A DNA stretch of 64,000 bases from Octopus sinensis. Lineage: Eukaryota. Positions 27,411 to 41,604 of the stretch are shown here, in pieces (position 1 is the stretch's first letter; each line of letters opens with the position of its first letter). A program made the position numbers and the translations under genes. Where the stretch lies: assembly GCF_006345805.1 (NCBI RefSeq), contig NC_043017.1, forward strand, positions 22,072,001 to 22,136,000, given 5' to 3'. The notes beneath the pieces were generated by a model, which did no database searches, was not told the DNA's origin, and saw only the letters and a list, made by a program, of their open reading frames with translations.

Positions 27411-28280
27411 CATAGAAATATATACAGACACGTGCATATATGCATATATACATACACAGGTAGCATTTGGATTTTTTCTTTCCAAAAGGGTCTGTCGACC
27501 CTATAACATTTATGCACTTCAAGACCTAATTCCAAAAAAGAATTATTTCATACATCATATATTTACATTAGTCTTTCAATCGCTTTATTTATGAGTGTGC
27601 TGTAGGTACGTGTATATCTACACACACACACACACCACACACACATCACATGCACACACGTACCTCACACACACACACTCATGTACAGAGGTTTATAAAC
27701 TGGTGCTTCATTGGTTAGGTGTGAGTTCAAGTAGATCCAATCAATGGAACAAGGTCTTGTGTTTTTTTGATATTTAGTTATGTTCTTTAAGAAATCTAAC
27801 TTCAAGCCACTTTTTACAGATCTTGTTTTATGCAGTTTTCTAAATCTGAGTTAAGTGAGTAGGGGTACGGAATTTGATTTTGCACCTTGCAAAAATTTTA
27901 GGAGGTGTGCTTGCACCTCCTGCACACCCTGTTGTTGGACTCATGCTCATTAAGTAACAGTTTGGCATGAATCAAGAAGATTTCCTGTGTCTGCAAAAAA
28001 CCTTGGACCCCTTCAAATTTTTGTTTGACAAGAAGGGCCCTTCCCTCTTCTGTCCTTTCCAGATGCTAACCACCTGTTGTACAGGTAAAATAACTATAAG
28101 CATATACATCATGAGTCTATTGTCACTCTAGATATTACAAACTATTCTGGCAAAATTAGAATAAGTTCTTTGTGTTTTTATATATTAATTAGATTGGTAT
28201 GGAGGAAGAGGTTGCTTCAGAGATGTTATTTCTGTTTCCAGGTAAATCAGATGAAAATAAATGCCATAAGGTATTTTTGT

Positions 28281-28860
28281 TTGGCACACCAATCCCTTCT
28301 TCCTCATACACATCTGATAAACTTATACACACTTCCTACCTACCGAATTTTCACTATAGTCAACCAAAGATTACGATTTGGCACACCAATCCCTTCTTCC
28401 TCATACACATCTGATAAACTTATACACACTTCCTACCTACCGAATTTTCACTATAGTCAACCAAAGATTACGATTTGGCACACCAATCCCTTCTTCCTCA
28501 TACACATCTGATAAACTTATACACACTTCCTACCTACCGAATTTTCACTATAGTCAACCAAAGATTACGATTTGGCACACCAATCCTTCTTCCTCATACA
28601 CATCTGATAACTTATACACACTTCCTACCTACCGATTTTCACTATAGTCAACCAAAGATTACGATTTGGCACACCAATCCCTTCTTCCTCATACACATCT
28701 GATAACTTATACACACTTCCTACCTACCGAATTTTCACTATAGTCAACCAAAGATTACGATTTGGCACACCAATCCCTTCTTCCTCATACACATCTGATA
28801 AACTTATACACACTTCCTACCTATCAAAAATTTTCACTATAGTCAACCAAAGATTACGAT
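28281..28860. repeat. 97-bp tandem repeat, 6 copies
   Basis: Unit ttggcacaccaatcccttcttcctcatacacatctgataaacttatacacacttcctacctaccgaattttcactatagtcaaccaaagattacgat, with single-base indels in the middle copies. Confidence 0.95.
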
Positions 28861-29087
28861 AAAAGTGGTCGACCCCAAATGCTGTACAGTATGATTAAAT
28901 CTGGAACCACATAGTTGTAAAGTAAACTTCTGAAATATGCAGCTATATTTATCAAAACACAGAAATATATATACACTTGTTTATATACAAACAGACCTTT
29001 TCAATTTAGTAAAAATACAAAAATGAAAGATTTTTCATTTAGTTACAAGATGAAAACTCTGGAAAATTTACCACGGCTTTCAAAGCC

Positions 29088-29427
29088 GGGGGTCGATAAA
29101 TTAAGTACCAGTTACGCACTGGGGTCGATATAATTGACTTAATCCATTTGTCTGTCCTTGTTTGTCCTCTCTGTGTTTAGCCCCTTGTGGGTAGTAAAGA
29201 AATAGGTATTTCATCTGTCTCTACATTCTGAGTTCAAATTCTGCCAAGGTCAACTTTCGTTTTTATCCTTTTGGGGTTGATAAATTTAGTACCAGTTGTG
29301 TACTGAGGTCGATCTAACTGACTGGCACCCTCCCCAAAAATTTCAAGCCTTGTGTCTAAAGTAGAAAAGAATATCGTGTGAGTGAAATTTAGTTACTGGA
29401 AAGTGTGCAAGAAACCATTGTATGTAT
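29088..29427 (+). mobile_element. 5'-truncated SINE B dimer plus flank shared with 13030-13372
   Basis: Reverse complement aligns to 13030-13372, including about 55 bp beyond the SINE tail. Confidence 0.8.
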
Positions 29428-29870
29428 CATCATCATCATCATCATCGTTTAACGTCTGTTCTCCATGCTAGCACGGGTTGGACGGTTCGACCGGGGTCTG
29501 GAAAGCCAGGGACTGCACCAGACTCTAGTTTGATCTGGCAGTGTTTCTACAGCTGGATGCCCTTCCTAACGCCAACCACTCCGCGAGTGTAGTGGGTGCT
29601 TTTTACGTGCCACCGGCACAGGTGCCAGGGGAGTCTGGCATTGGCCTTGATCGGTTGATGCTTTTAACGTGCCACCGGCACGGAAGCCAGTCAAGGCGTC
29701 GCTGGTATCGGCCACGTTCGGATGGTGCTTTTTATGTGCCACCGGCACAGAAGCCAGTCAAGGCGGCGCTGGCATCGGCCACGTTCAGATGGTGCTTTTT
29801 ATGTGTCACCGGCACGGAAGCCAGTCAAGGCGGCGCTGGCATCGGCCACGTTCAGATGGTGCTTTTTATT
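29428..29870 (-). mobile_element. RTE-LINE 3' UTR fragment with ~67-bp internal tandem repeat (about 4 copies)
   Basis: (CAT)n tail, gggttggacgg..ctgcacc..ggatgcccttcctaacgccaacc block shared with 16522-16700, and unit ggtgctttttatgtgccaccggcacggaagccagtcaaggcggcgctggcatcggccacgttcggat. Shorter copies near 370, 4385, 7370, 7505, 23545, 37868. Confidence 0.75.
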
Positions 29871-30424
29871 GATATTTTGACATCATCATATCTGAAACCA
29901 ACACATACTCCATTAGCTAGGAAGCTAAAGAACTTACCATCACTTTTAATATAGACTACACACAGATCATATGTTACCCTTAAAGATCACTAAATTAATG
30001 TCTAGTACCCTTAAATGCAGTTAATCAATTCCAATAATTCCAAATTGGATATAATTAACAAGCATATTCTAGATTCAATTATACTTAGAATATAAATCTT
30101 GATTTTTCTCTTGTTATAGACAAACAGCAGGCTTGTTACAGAATGTTTAAATGGTAATAAAGACAAATGCTACTGCATGCTTTTTCAGTTGCATTAAATC
30201 ATATTTTATCCAGCATATCCAGTGTTTTATCCAAGGCTTCCTAAATCATTTAATGAAACAAACCTCTATGTTCTCAAAGCCTTCACCTTCAGCAGCAACA
30301 TCACACACATCAGCGAATATGACAAGATGGCCAGGCATGGACAGAAATATTTTATTCCTGATCAACAATGAGGACGAATTACTTGAGATATTAATGAGAT
30401 AAGATGAATGAGCAGAACCACACA

Positions 30425-30460
<36 letters not shown>

Positions 30461-32398
30461 CATGTGTACACACACACATGCACATACACACACATGTATG
30501 TGTACACACACACACACACATGCACATACACACACACACACATACATAGAGACAAGTGAGAACAGGAGATGCTCAATATAGAAAATATTTAGTAGTGCTT
30601 AAATGATTTGAACTTACACTCTCAAGTCATAGATGAGGACCAGGTCCACTGGGTAGTCCAATGGCTGTGAGAGAAATCCATTGAAATCTATACTTTAAAC
30701 GTTTTAACAGATTTCCTTCCTTCTTGTGAGGAAATTTAATACATATATGATGGCCTTTTAGCATGAGAAAATATGAAATGTAGATGGCCATGAATTAGAT
30801 AAGAAAAGACTTCTTAAATCATTTAGTGAAACAAGTTTATGAATTGCAACTGATATTAATTTTAATTTAGAATTTTTTTAATTTTAATTATTTCCTTGAA
30901 TTTCAATATGAATATTTTGCTCTTATTAAAAAGGAAATGAAATATTATTTCATATCAATAAGACATGTATGAAATCCAATCACTCCAAATTTAATATCTG
31001 ATACCTGTAAATGTCCACCTTCATTATTTTCCAATGAAGCCTCACATTTTTATAATGAAGCACTTTGTAATAGTGGTTTGAGATAAGATATAATACAGTC
31101 CACTATAATATTCCCAAGCATTAAAATAAACCAAGAAATATGTTGTGGTACAATCCAATTTTAGTTTAAATGTACATACAAATGAGCAAAGTTTTCTTCT
31201 TTTCATTTTCTGATGACTCAAAAGATTTTTTTATAGAAACTCGATTAAGGCAAGCTATTTTTGCTATAAAACAAATTATCCTGATTAACCAGTTCAAATT
31301 TAAAATTTCTTTCAAAAGTAATAATACAGTTTATTCTGTGATTGTATCACCTCAAATAATTTTCCCTGTAGCAGCAACTACCTTTCAAAAGCCTTAATAA
31401 GTTGTACTAAAATACTACAAAACAATACCAATACATTAAGGATTTTTTCCTGTCAATGTATTCATTTAATTAAGAAATAGATTAAAAAATACAAGCTTTT
31501 CCAAGTGTATTTGGTTATTAAAAGAAACAAACCCAATGGCATTTAAAATCAAACGGCCTATCTTTAATTATGTTTGTTCATTTGTACATAATATTTTTAT
31601 TTTTAATTTCCATTATTAATTACACTTAAGTAAGATTAAAAAGAAATGGTTATTCCTTTTATATCAAGACATTCACAGCTGAAACCGGAGTTCCCAGATG
31701 TTTGGTTGTTTTAGTTATACTGCAAAACGGTTATATTTCAGGGAAATGCCATTAAAGTATAAATTTTAGGATTATTCAAAACATTTACAATAATATGGAT
31801 CTTCTTACCTGCACTTCTGGAGATCAGGGTTTTAAGGACATTGAAAAATTTTCATTTATTTCATTTTCAGTTAGATTTCTTTACACACACATGTAGTTAA
31901 AATATTTCTTATATAAGATATTCTTACACATATATACACGTATTTTTTCATAATATTTCACGCATGTATTGACGTCATTTGGGCATTATTCTCTTCTGAC
32001 TATCATTAAATTCTATTTACACACATGCAATTTTAAAATTTCCTATTTTTATGCACTTAATTACAATACATTTTTTTAACATTATCATACATAAAAACAC
32101 ATTTTGTATGTCATTTTAATATTTTTTCAAGTTGATATTATTATTGCTCTGTTATATAACCTCACCTTCTCTCCTGTAATTGGTCCCCTCTATTTATTTT
32201 ACAAATAATGATTAAATTGTCAGCCAGTAAGATTCGTTTGTTTTATTTCATCGAATTAATCATTGCTATGACATTCAAACAATTCCATTCTGTCGTTATT
32301 ATATAATCATTTTATGTCCCATTTTCTGTCATCATTCAATAATCCAAAAGGAAAAATTCAGATTAATAGTTTCTAAAGTTCCAGCTTCTTTAATATAT

Positions 32399-32432
<34 letters not shown>

Positions 32433-32758
32433 AAGTGTGCATGTGTGTGTGAGTGTGTGTGTGAGTGTGCATGTGAGTGTGTATGTGTATACACACACAC
32501 ACATGTATATATACATATATACATATATATATATACATACGTACATACACACACACACAAACACACATATACACACACACACATATATATATACTTACAT
32601 GAAGAGATAGTGAGGGAGATGAAAGTGTGTGTATATGAATATATGTTTGCATGCAATTTCATGTTTTTGAGTACATACATACATACACACATACATATAT
32701 ATATATATATATATGTGCACACTTGCATATATCTGTGTAAAACTTTTGTTTGTATGTG

Positions 32759-32802
<44 letters not shown>

Positions 32803-32871
32803 TATGACTATGTAAGTGTTTTTACATATATATGTGCATGTATATGCATAAATGTGTATATATGTGTATAT

Positions 32872-33028
32872 AGGCACATGCGTGTCTGTGAGGTAAGAAG
32901 CTTGCTTCCAAACCACATGGTTCCAAGTTCAGTCCTACTGCATGGGACTTTGAGCAAGTGTCTTTTACTATAGCCTCAGGGTGGCCAAAGCCTTGTGAGT
33001 GAATTGGTAGACGGAAACTTAAAGAAGC

Positions 33029-33106
<78 letters not shown>

Positions 33107-33350
33107 TGTATATATATTCATGTGTGTGTGTGTCTTTGAGTCGGATTTTACCTCCCCACCATCACTTGATAGCTGATGTTGGTATGTTTAGGTCCCTGTA
33201 ACTTAGCAGTTTGGCAAAAGAGACCAATAGAATAAGTACTAGGCTTACAAAGAACAAGTCCTGAGATTGAGTTCTTCGACTAAAACCTGTTAAGGTAGTG
33301 GTGCTTCAGCATGGCCACAGCCAAATGACTGAAACAAGTAAAAGAATAAA
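32872..33350 (+). mobile_element. SINE family A copy with expanded internal (TA)n
   Basis: Both halves match the family around a long (TA)n tract. Confidence 0.85.
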
Positions 33351-34489
33351 AAAATACACATATTTATATCTTGAAATAAATGTACATACATAAAAACCTG
33401 TATATATACACATATACAGACTTACGTATGTTGTGCATGTGTCTATTATTGTATGTATACACATAATATAGTTATATATATTCTACATATATATATCATA
33501 GTTCTTATATATTTATATATGTGTGTGTGAATATAAGTATGTATGAATATAAGTATGTATGTGTGTGTATATACGCATGAATGTATGTGTGTGCATATAT
33601 GCATGAATGACTGTCTGTATATATGTATGTATGTGAGTACGTATGCATGAATGTATGTGTGTGCATATGCAAGTATGTATGTGTGTATTTATGTATGTAT
33701 GTGCATGTATATATGCATGAATGTCTGTCTGCATATATGTATGTATGCATGAATGTATACGTGCACATACACAGGTATGCATGTATGTGTATATATGCAT
33801 GAATGTGTGTGTGTATATATATGCATGATAGTCTGTCTGTCTGTCTGTCTGTATGTGTATATGTACATATGTATGAATGTATGTGTACATATGCAAGTAT
33901 GCATGCATGCATGTATGTATGTATGTATGTATGTATGTATGTATGCATGTGTGTATGTATGTACGTGTCAGGTGGTTCCTTCACTCCACACAAAACAACA
34001 CTGCAGGTTTCTTAAGCTTACTGAAGTAGAGAAATATGGAATATAATATTTCCTAAGCAAATATTAGCAGATATCTAATACCCTAACCAGAAAGAAAACA
34101 CAATTCTGTCATAAGAGAGCAAAACAAACTCCCACTTAGACAATAAGGGAAGACTCTGTTTATTCATTTACACCAAGCATATTGTCAGAATATTTGGCTT
34201 TGATAAAACAGTCCGCAGGCAGTCTGATAGGAAGAAACACAACGCTTCGAGGCTTTGTATTACATTTGATATTAGCTAGCTGTTTTTGCAACAAGTTTTC
34301 TTAATGACCACTTCCAAACAATTGTGCGACAGCCTCGAGATTTGCATAAACATTCATCACATCTCGGTAACTATATAAAGACACACACACATATATATAT
34401 ATATATAATAAATATGTACGATAAATATTTTATATGAATTATGTTTTATCATATTTTATGCTTATTATATATATATATATAATTGCTTA

Positions 34490-34524
<35 letters not shown>

Positions 34525-35016
34525 TATATATGAATATATAACACACATACATATATATATATATATGTGTATATACATATATATATATATACATATGTAT
34601 ATATATATATATGTATATATACATATATATATATATGTACATATGTATATATATATACACATATGTATATATATATATGTATATATACATACATATATAT
34701 ATGTACATATGTATATATATATGTATATACACATACATATATATATACATATGTATATATATATATATATATACATATATACATATGTATATATATGTAC
34801 ATATACATACATATATATATATACATATGTATATATATGTATATATATATATATGTATATATATATGCAAAAAGCAATAAAGATTCAAGTTAATTTAAAT
34901 GAATTTACTTGAATATGGTACCTAACTTAGATGCACCAAAAAAAAACTATACTGTTTTAACAATACAGTAATGTGGGGTGATTATAAGCGAGAAAGAAGC
35001 AACAAGAATGGATAGG

Positions 35017-35106
35017 TTTTAGTACAATCGTTTCATACAAGGACAGGCTTTATTAAAAGTTGCAAAAATTACAGCATATAAACGTGTCCGTACTCATCAG
35101 CTAAAA
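35017..35106 (-). ncRNA. Type I hammerhead ribozyme motif with long stem II
   Basis: ttttag CTGATGA gtac-ggaca...tgtcc-tt-gtat GAAA cgattg TA ctaaaa: 6-bp stem I, canonical core, GUA cleavage triplet. Confidence 0.75.
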
Positions 35107-35796
35107 TACATGTGAGTTCTCTAGACATCCTAGTGGTTGAGGCTATACTCATGAAGTAATGTAGATAATTAAGTAACATAAACAGATTTCCAAAGTTCAT
35201 TAAAGTTCTTTAAAGATGATGTACAGTCTTATCACAGAATTTTAAAAAAGTTTTAATAGCATCACAGAGAAGGTGACCTAATCCATAGTGCACATATGAA
35301 TTTCCAGAGATATGAGGAGGGATTACTACTCACAGACGACAAATTTATCCATTGTTAATCACAACGAGGTGGGTCTCAATTCCTGCTTATTAGCATTACA
35401 GAGAGGGTGAATTAATCCTTTGTATAGATGCACAATTTCCAATGGTGTAGATGTAAATTTCAGAGAAATGAAGAGGAATTTCATATTCACAGGCAATAAA
35501 TTTATCAATGGTTGAACACAATGAGGTAGGTATCAATTCTTGTTATATGATTAGGTATTTGCCACATTAATCACATTACTGCTATTTACAAGAGGCTGTA
35601 GCTATTTAACTTTTAAAGGCTGAAGGGCTTTCTAGAGATGCAAAGAACAGAAAAGGGAAGGGAATAGAAGAAAAGAGAGAAAATAAAGGAGGAGGGAGCA
35701 AAATGAACTTTGGAAATCTGTTTATGTTACTTAATTATCTACATTACTTCATGAGTATAGCCTCAACCACTAGGATGTCTAGAGAACTCACATGTA

Positions 35797-35887
35797 TTTT
35801 AGCTGATGAGTACGGGACACGTTTATATGCTGTAATTTTTGCAACTTTTAATAAAGCCTGTCCTTGTTGAAAACGATTGTACTAAAA
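35797..35887 (+). ncRNA. Type I hammerhead ribozyme motif (inverted partner)
   Basis: ttttag CTGATGA gtacgggaca...tgtccttgtt GAAAa cgattg TA ctaaaa. Small indels near GAAA. Confidence 0.65.
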
Positions 35888-36741
35888 ACCTATCCATTCT
35901 TGTTGCTTCTTTCTCACGTGTATATATATATGTATATAACATACATATATATATATGTATATATATATATGTATGTATATATATGTATACATACAAACAT
36001 ATATATGTATACATACATACATATATATACATATGTATATATATGTATATATACATACATACATATATATATATATATTTATATATATTATATATATATG
36101 TATGTGTATATATATATATATATATATCAGTATACTTTGTATATACATATATCAAACAGATACGCATATATTCTTACAGGTAGAGAACAAAGATATCACA
36201 CTCTTTCTCTCTCTGTATATATGTGTATGCATGCATATATATATATATAACATATATGAAACAATACAAACACCTTAGAAGACAGAATATATTTAAATTC
36301 AATATACATAGCTCATTCTATGTGATTAGCAGAGGTTCAGTGGCTCCATGCAAAATATTCCCAATTTGCAAACCTTCGTTCCACATTCTCACACCAATAC
36401 TAATGATCCTTTGAACTTGGGAACACCATCCTTCCACTGATTCTAGGTTCTAATTTACTGTTAGAAGGCAACGATAATAGATATTTTGGTGAGTGTAACG
36501 AGAGGCTAATGATGAAATGACTTCACATTCTACACAAGTTCAAATGCCTTGAAAAGTCCAATGAAAAAACCTCCGAGCTGTTAATGGTGCGATTTCAATT
36601 GTAATTATTGACATTTTTACAGAAGTATCAAATGTAGTCGGAGGTTATAAATAAACATTTTTGTCTACACAGACAATCTTCTCAAATTATTCAATTATAT
36701 GTTCGCGTCATTATATATTTAGAAATATTTAAGTGACTTAC

Positions 36742-36881
36742 CTCTGGAAAACAAACATTTATTCATTCGGTGCATTTCCATATTGATTATCAACAGAGGA
36801 GGCTTTTGCTCCATCACAAACAAACATAAAAGAAATTTCTCTTATTTTCTGAAAATCAACCAAAGAATCTGAAAATATTAC
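36742..36881 (-). other. Candidate spliced exon (140 nt), product unknown
   Basis: Strong acceptor (T)14-ctatttcag and consensus donor AG|gtaagt in non-repetitive sequence. Confidence 0.45.
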
Positions 36882-37026
36882 CTGAAATAGAAAAAAAAAA
36901 AAAATAATGAAAGATAATAGTAAGTAGTGATATTTGATAATCAAACATAAGTTATTGAGGTCTGTGGCTAATGTGTGTGTGTGAGAGAGAGTGTAAGTGT
37001 ATGTGTGTGTGAGAGAGAGTGTGTGA

Positions 37027-37057
<31 letters not shown>

Positions 37058-37120
37058 TCTGTGTGTGTGAGAGAGAGAGAGAGAGTATGTGTGTGTCAGA
37101 GAGAGAAAGAGAGAGAGAGA

Positions 37121-37151
<31 letters not shown>

Positions 37152-37828
37152 TCTGTGTGTGTGAGAGAGAGAGAGAGAGTATGTGTGTGTCAGAGAGAGA
37201 AAGAGAGAGAGAGAGAGAGTGTGTGTGTGGTGTGTTTGAAAGAGAATGTATGTGTGTGAAAGAGAGTGTATATTTGTGTGCATGAGTGTGTGTGTGTATG
37301 AGAGAGAGAGAGTGCGTGTGTCTGTGAGAGAGAGAATGTATATGTGTGAGTGTGTATGTGTGAGTGTATGCGTGAGAGAATCTGTGTGTGAGTGTGAGAA
37401 AGAGTATGTATGTGAGAGAGAGCATGTGTATGAGTGAGAGAGAGAGAAAACATATGTGTGAGAGAGAGTGTGTATATGTGTATGTATGTGTGTATGTGTG
37501 TAAGAGAGAGAGAGAGAATGTGAGTGTGTGTGTTTCGGGGTGAGAGAGTGGGTGAAAGAGATAGAAAGAGGGAAGGAGTGAGAGGGAGGATACGTTTGTG
37601 CTTTTGTTTCATTTTAGGTCTAATATTATTGGAAGACATCAAAAAACGAGAACTTTATACTGTGATAATTTTCTGAGTGAAATTATACAAAATATTCCTG
37701 GTGTATCGCAAAAATGTCATTTGAAGAGGTCCATCATTATCAGCATCATCCTCATCATCAGTTAGCATGGATTGGAGAGCCAACAACTCACACACTCAAA
37801 ATTGTGCATGTGGACACGTTTCTGTATG

Positions 37829-37867
<39 letters not shown>

Positions 37868-38295
37868 CACCATCGTTTAACATCCGTTCTCAATGCTAGC
37901 ATGGGTTGGACGGTTCAACTGGGGTCTGGGAAGCCAGGAGGCTGCACCAGGCTCCGGTCTTATCTGGCAATGTTTCTACAGCTGGATGCCCTTCCTAACG
38001 CCAACTACTCTGTGAGTGTAGTGGGTGATTTTTACGTGCCACGTGTATATATATATGTATATGTATATATTTAAGTGTTTGTGTCCTTGTAACTTAGCAG
38101 TTCGGCAAAAGCGACCGATAGAATAAGTATAAGAGCGACGATACATACACAGAATATATATATAACTATATTATGTGTATACATACAATAATACACACAT
38201 ACACAACATATGTAAGCCTGTATAGGTGTATATATACATATATATATGAATATATATATGTATATATATATTGTGTATATATATATATGTGTATA

Positions 38296-38332
<37 letters not shown>

Positions 38333-38341
38333 ATATATATA

Positions 38342-38409
<68 letters not shown>

Positions 38410-38981
38410 TGAGAATTTTAGTGTGCACGAGTATACATTCATATGTGTACATGTGTAGATGCTAACAAAATGGTAAGTGCTATAAATGGTAAAATAAAAA
38501 ATGATAAGAGAACAGGAAAAAATAAACCCACAGGAGTAAATAAGTCAATTACACATTAGGGCAGATATTTCTAAAATATTTTTATATCATGGTACCATTT
38601 AGGAATATAGCATGTTACAGATTCTACCACATTATTTACCCTTATTTTCAGTTCTATCATCTTATTATTATTTTTTTTTCTATTTGACTCAGTTCAGAAA
38701 GAATGAGTCTATAGTAGATTAAATTATGAGGGAAGGCAACTGAAAAAAAAGGACAAATAAATATTGTTTTCTAGATCATGTCTGTACAAGAGGGGTGGGC
38801 GATTACAATGTATGATTCAAGTTTAGAATGGTTAAGAACAGGAAACTAATTTTGGTTTTATCATGCCGATTACTAAAATTGTCTTAGTGCCCTGGTAATA
38901 ATAAACATTAGGATAAACATATATAATTATGCATACACATGTATATCATATACATATATATATACATTATATATATATACA

Positions 38982-39198
38982 TATAAAGTTAATCCAAACA
39001 AGAAAGCACAAAAAAACACAACAACGAGAGGACATGGAACAAATATAGTATTATTGGACGCTCAGGAAAGAAGGAAAGAAGGAGGGTTTAACGTTTCGAG
39101 CGGAGCTCTTCGTCAGAAACATAGGAGAAGGAAAGATCTAGAGAAGGGAAGACAGAGGAAAAAAAATCGCCAACGGTACACACGAGGTCACATTTTGC
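38982..39198 (-). mobile_element. Short Penelope-like cassette in (TA)n
   Basis: Shares gtatta..cgctcaggaa and the HHR position with the 12480 and 55595 cassettes. TA-rich on both sides. Confidence 0.65.
39086..39120 (-). ncRNA. Minimal type I hammerhead ribozyme motif, canonical core
   Basis: gttt CTGACGA a gagc-tcc-gctc GAAA cg TT aaac. Loopless palindromic stem III (acgt), as in dimer-dependent Penelope HHRs. GUU triplet. Confidence 0.75.
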
Positions 39199-40659
39199 AT
39201 ATATATAGACATATGTATGTATGTATATATAATATATAGGTATATATGTTTTATATATCATTTTATATACATACATATTATATACAAATATATAGATACA
39301 ATCTATAAATATACACTTTTCAATAAATATTCTCTCTCTCTGTCTCATATATATATATATATATATATATGCATGTATGTATGTATGTATATATATATAT
39401 ATGCATAGACACAGAGAGAGGGGTAAATATACATATGTTATATATTATGTATATATTCATATGCATGTGCATTATGTATATATATTTATACATACATACA
39501 TACACACATACATACATACATGCATGCATGTATGCATACATACATACATACATATACATACATACATACATACATACATACATGCATACATACATACAAT
39601 ACATACATACATACATACATACATACACACACACACATACACACATACATACATACATACATACATACTCACACACAAACATACACAACTAAGCTGCTTG
39701 GAAAACGAGAATTAAAGATTTTTGAATTAAAGAAAATTGCGTAACCTGAAAATATTTCATTTTCTTTGAAGAACAACATTTAGCATTCATTATGGAAATG
39801 TGTTACATTGGAATATTCTACATCAAAATAATTTAAAGCATCCTTAATGGGAATTTAGCTGGAAACAAATGATGATCATCATATTTAAAAAGTAATAATT
39901 TGAGAGATTCTTCCTTCATTTTTATATTTCATTTTAATTTTTATAGTTTTGATTTTCTGAATTCCATGTTTAATGAAAATAATAAAATCTCCAGAATCCC
40001 TTTTAAGTCATTAAATATTGAACACATGTAATATGAGTTTACGTGTAGTAATTACACTAATTATGGGAGATGGAAAAATGGTTGAGAAAATTTTCATGGA
40101 TTTCCAAGTTGTCTCCCTTGCCTATCTTTGCATGAATTATTAATGCTAATGATATTATTTTCATTAAAGATGTAATTTTCACTGATTACAACGCTAGGCA
40201 GAGCTCACTGTACAAAGTATGTTACGTTAGTATAATTACATGTATACGTACGTACATACATGCATGCATACATACATACATACATACATACATACATACA
40301 TACATACAAACATATATATACCTGCATACATACATACCTGCATACATACATACATATATACCTGCATACATACATACATACATACATACATACATACATA
40401 CATACCTGCATACATACATACAAACATACATACATACATACATACTAACCTACATACATATATACCTGCATGCATACATACATACATACATACATACATA
40501 CAAAAATCCCCTGTTGCTGATGTTGAAATTCCAATCAAGGAGCTGGGATCTAGATTAGAAACCGTCTCTTTCTCTATTGGTAAGGAATCTTGAAATAAAA
40601 CTGAACAGTGGCATACATACATATAACATCATCATCATCCTTTAGCATCCGTTTTCCAA

Positions 40660-40766
40660 GCTGAACTCAGAATATGACAACAGACAAAATACTGCTAAGC
40701 ACTTTGTTTGGTGTGCTAATGACATTGCCAGTTCACTGCCTTCATAATAATAATAATAATAATAAC

Positions 40767-40800
<34 letters not shown>

Positions 40801-41034
40801 TTGATGATAATAACATTGGCTTCAAATTTTGGTAGAATGCCAGAAAGTTCAGGGTTGTGAGAAAGTCAATTACATCGACCCCAATGCTCGACTAATACTT
40901 ATTTTGTCGACCCCAGAAGAATGAATAGCAAGTCAAACTTGGTGGAATTTGAACTCAGAATGTAAAGATGTATGGAACACCACTAAGCATTTTCCCTGGC
41001 CTTCTAGCAATTCTGCTAGCTTGCTGCCTTATTG

Positions 41035-41085
<51 letters not shown>

Positions 41086-41560
41086 TGGTTTCAAATTTTG
41101 CCACAAGGGCAGCAATTTAGGGGGAGGGGACGAGTTAGTTACATCGATCCCCAGTGCTCAACTGGTTCTTTATTTATCAACCCTAAAATGATGAAAGGCA
41201 GAAATCGACCTCAGTGGAATTTGAACTCAGGATAGAGCAATGGATGAAATACCACAAGGCATTTTGTCCAACATGTGAATGATTCTCCCAGCACAATAAT
41301 AATAACAATTAATAATAATAATAATAATAATGATAATAATAATAATAATAATAATCCTTTCTGCTGTAGGCACAAGGCCTGAAATTTTGGGGGAGGGATT
41401 AAGTTGATTACATTGACCCCAGTACTGAACTAATTTTATCGACCCCCGAAAGAACGGAAGGCAAATTTGAACTCAGCAGAATTTGAACTCAGGACATGCA
41501 GACAGATGAAATGCCGTTCAGCATTTTGCACAGCATGCTAACAATTCTACCAGCATACTA
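40660..41560 (-). mobile_element. Cluster of about four old SINE family B copies separated by (AAT)n tails
   Basis: Repeated gaatttgaactcag..gcatttt..gccag heads and atcgacccc..gaaaggc cores. Confidence 0.8.
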
Positions 41561-41562
41561 CA

Positions 41563-41604
<42 letters not shown>

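Larger units (their letters stand above)
34990..35915. mobile_element. Penelope-like element remnant with ~212-bp inverted terminal arms, each carrying an HHR
   Basis: Arms 34990-35201 and 35702-35915 are near-perfect reverse complements. The element lies between large (TA)n tracts. Confidence 0.75.

Noticed and set aside
28192-28241. Plus-strand micro-exon candidates (also near 30120, 37618, 49690, 49830) and a minus candidate at 2569-2604
   Set aside because: One or both splice sites are weak and there is no recognisable peptide. Such sites are expected by chance in AT-rich DNA.
35590-35650. GIY-YIG C-terminus (KALQPL..LN) on the minus strand inside the inverted-arm element
   Set aside because: Only a few residues and needs a frameshift. 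Suggestive but not enough to call.
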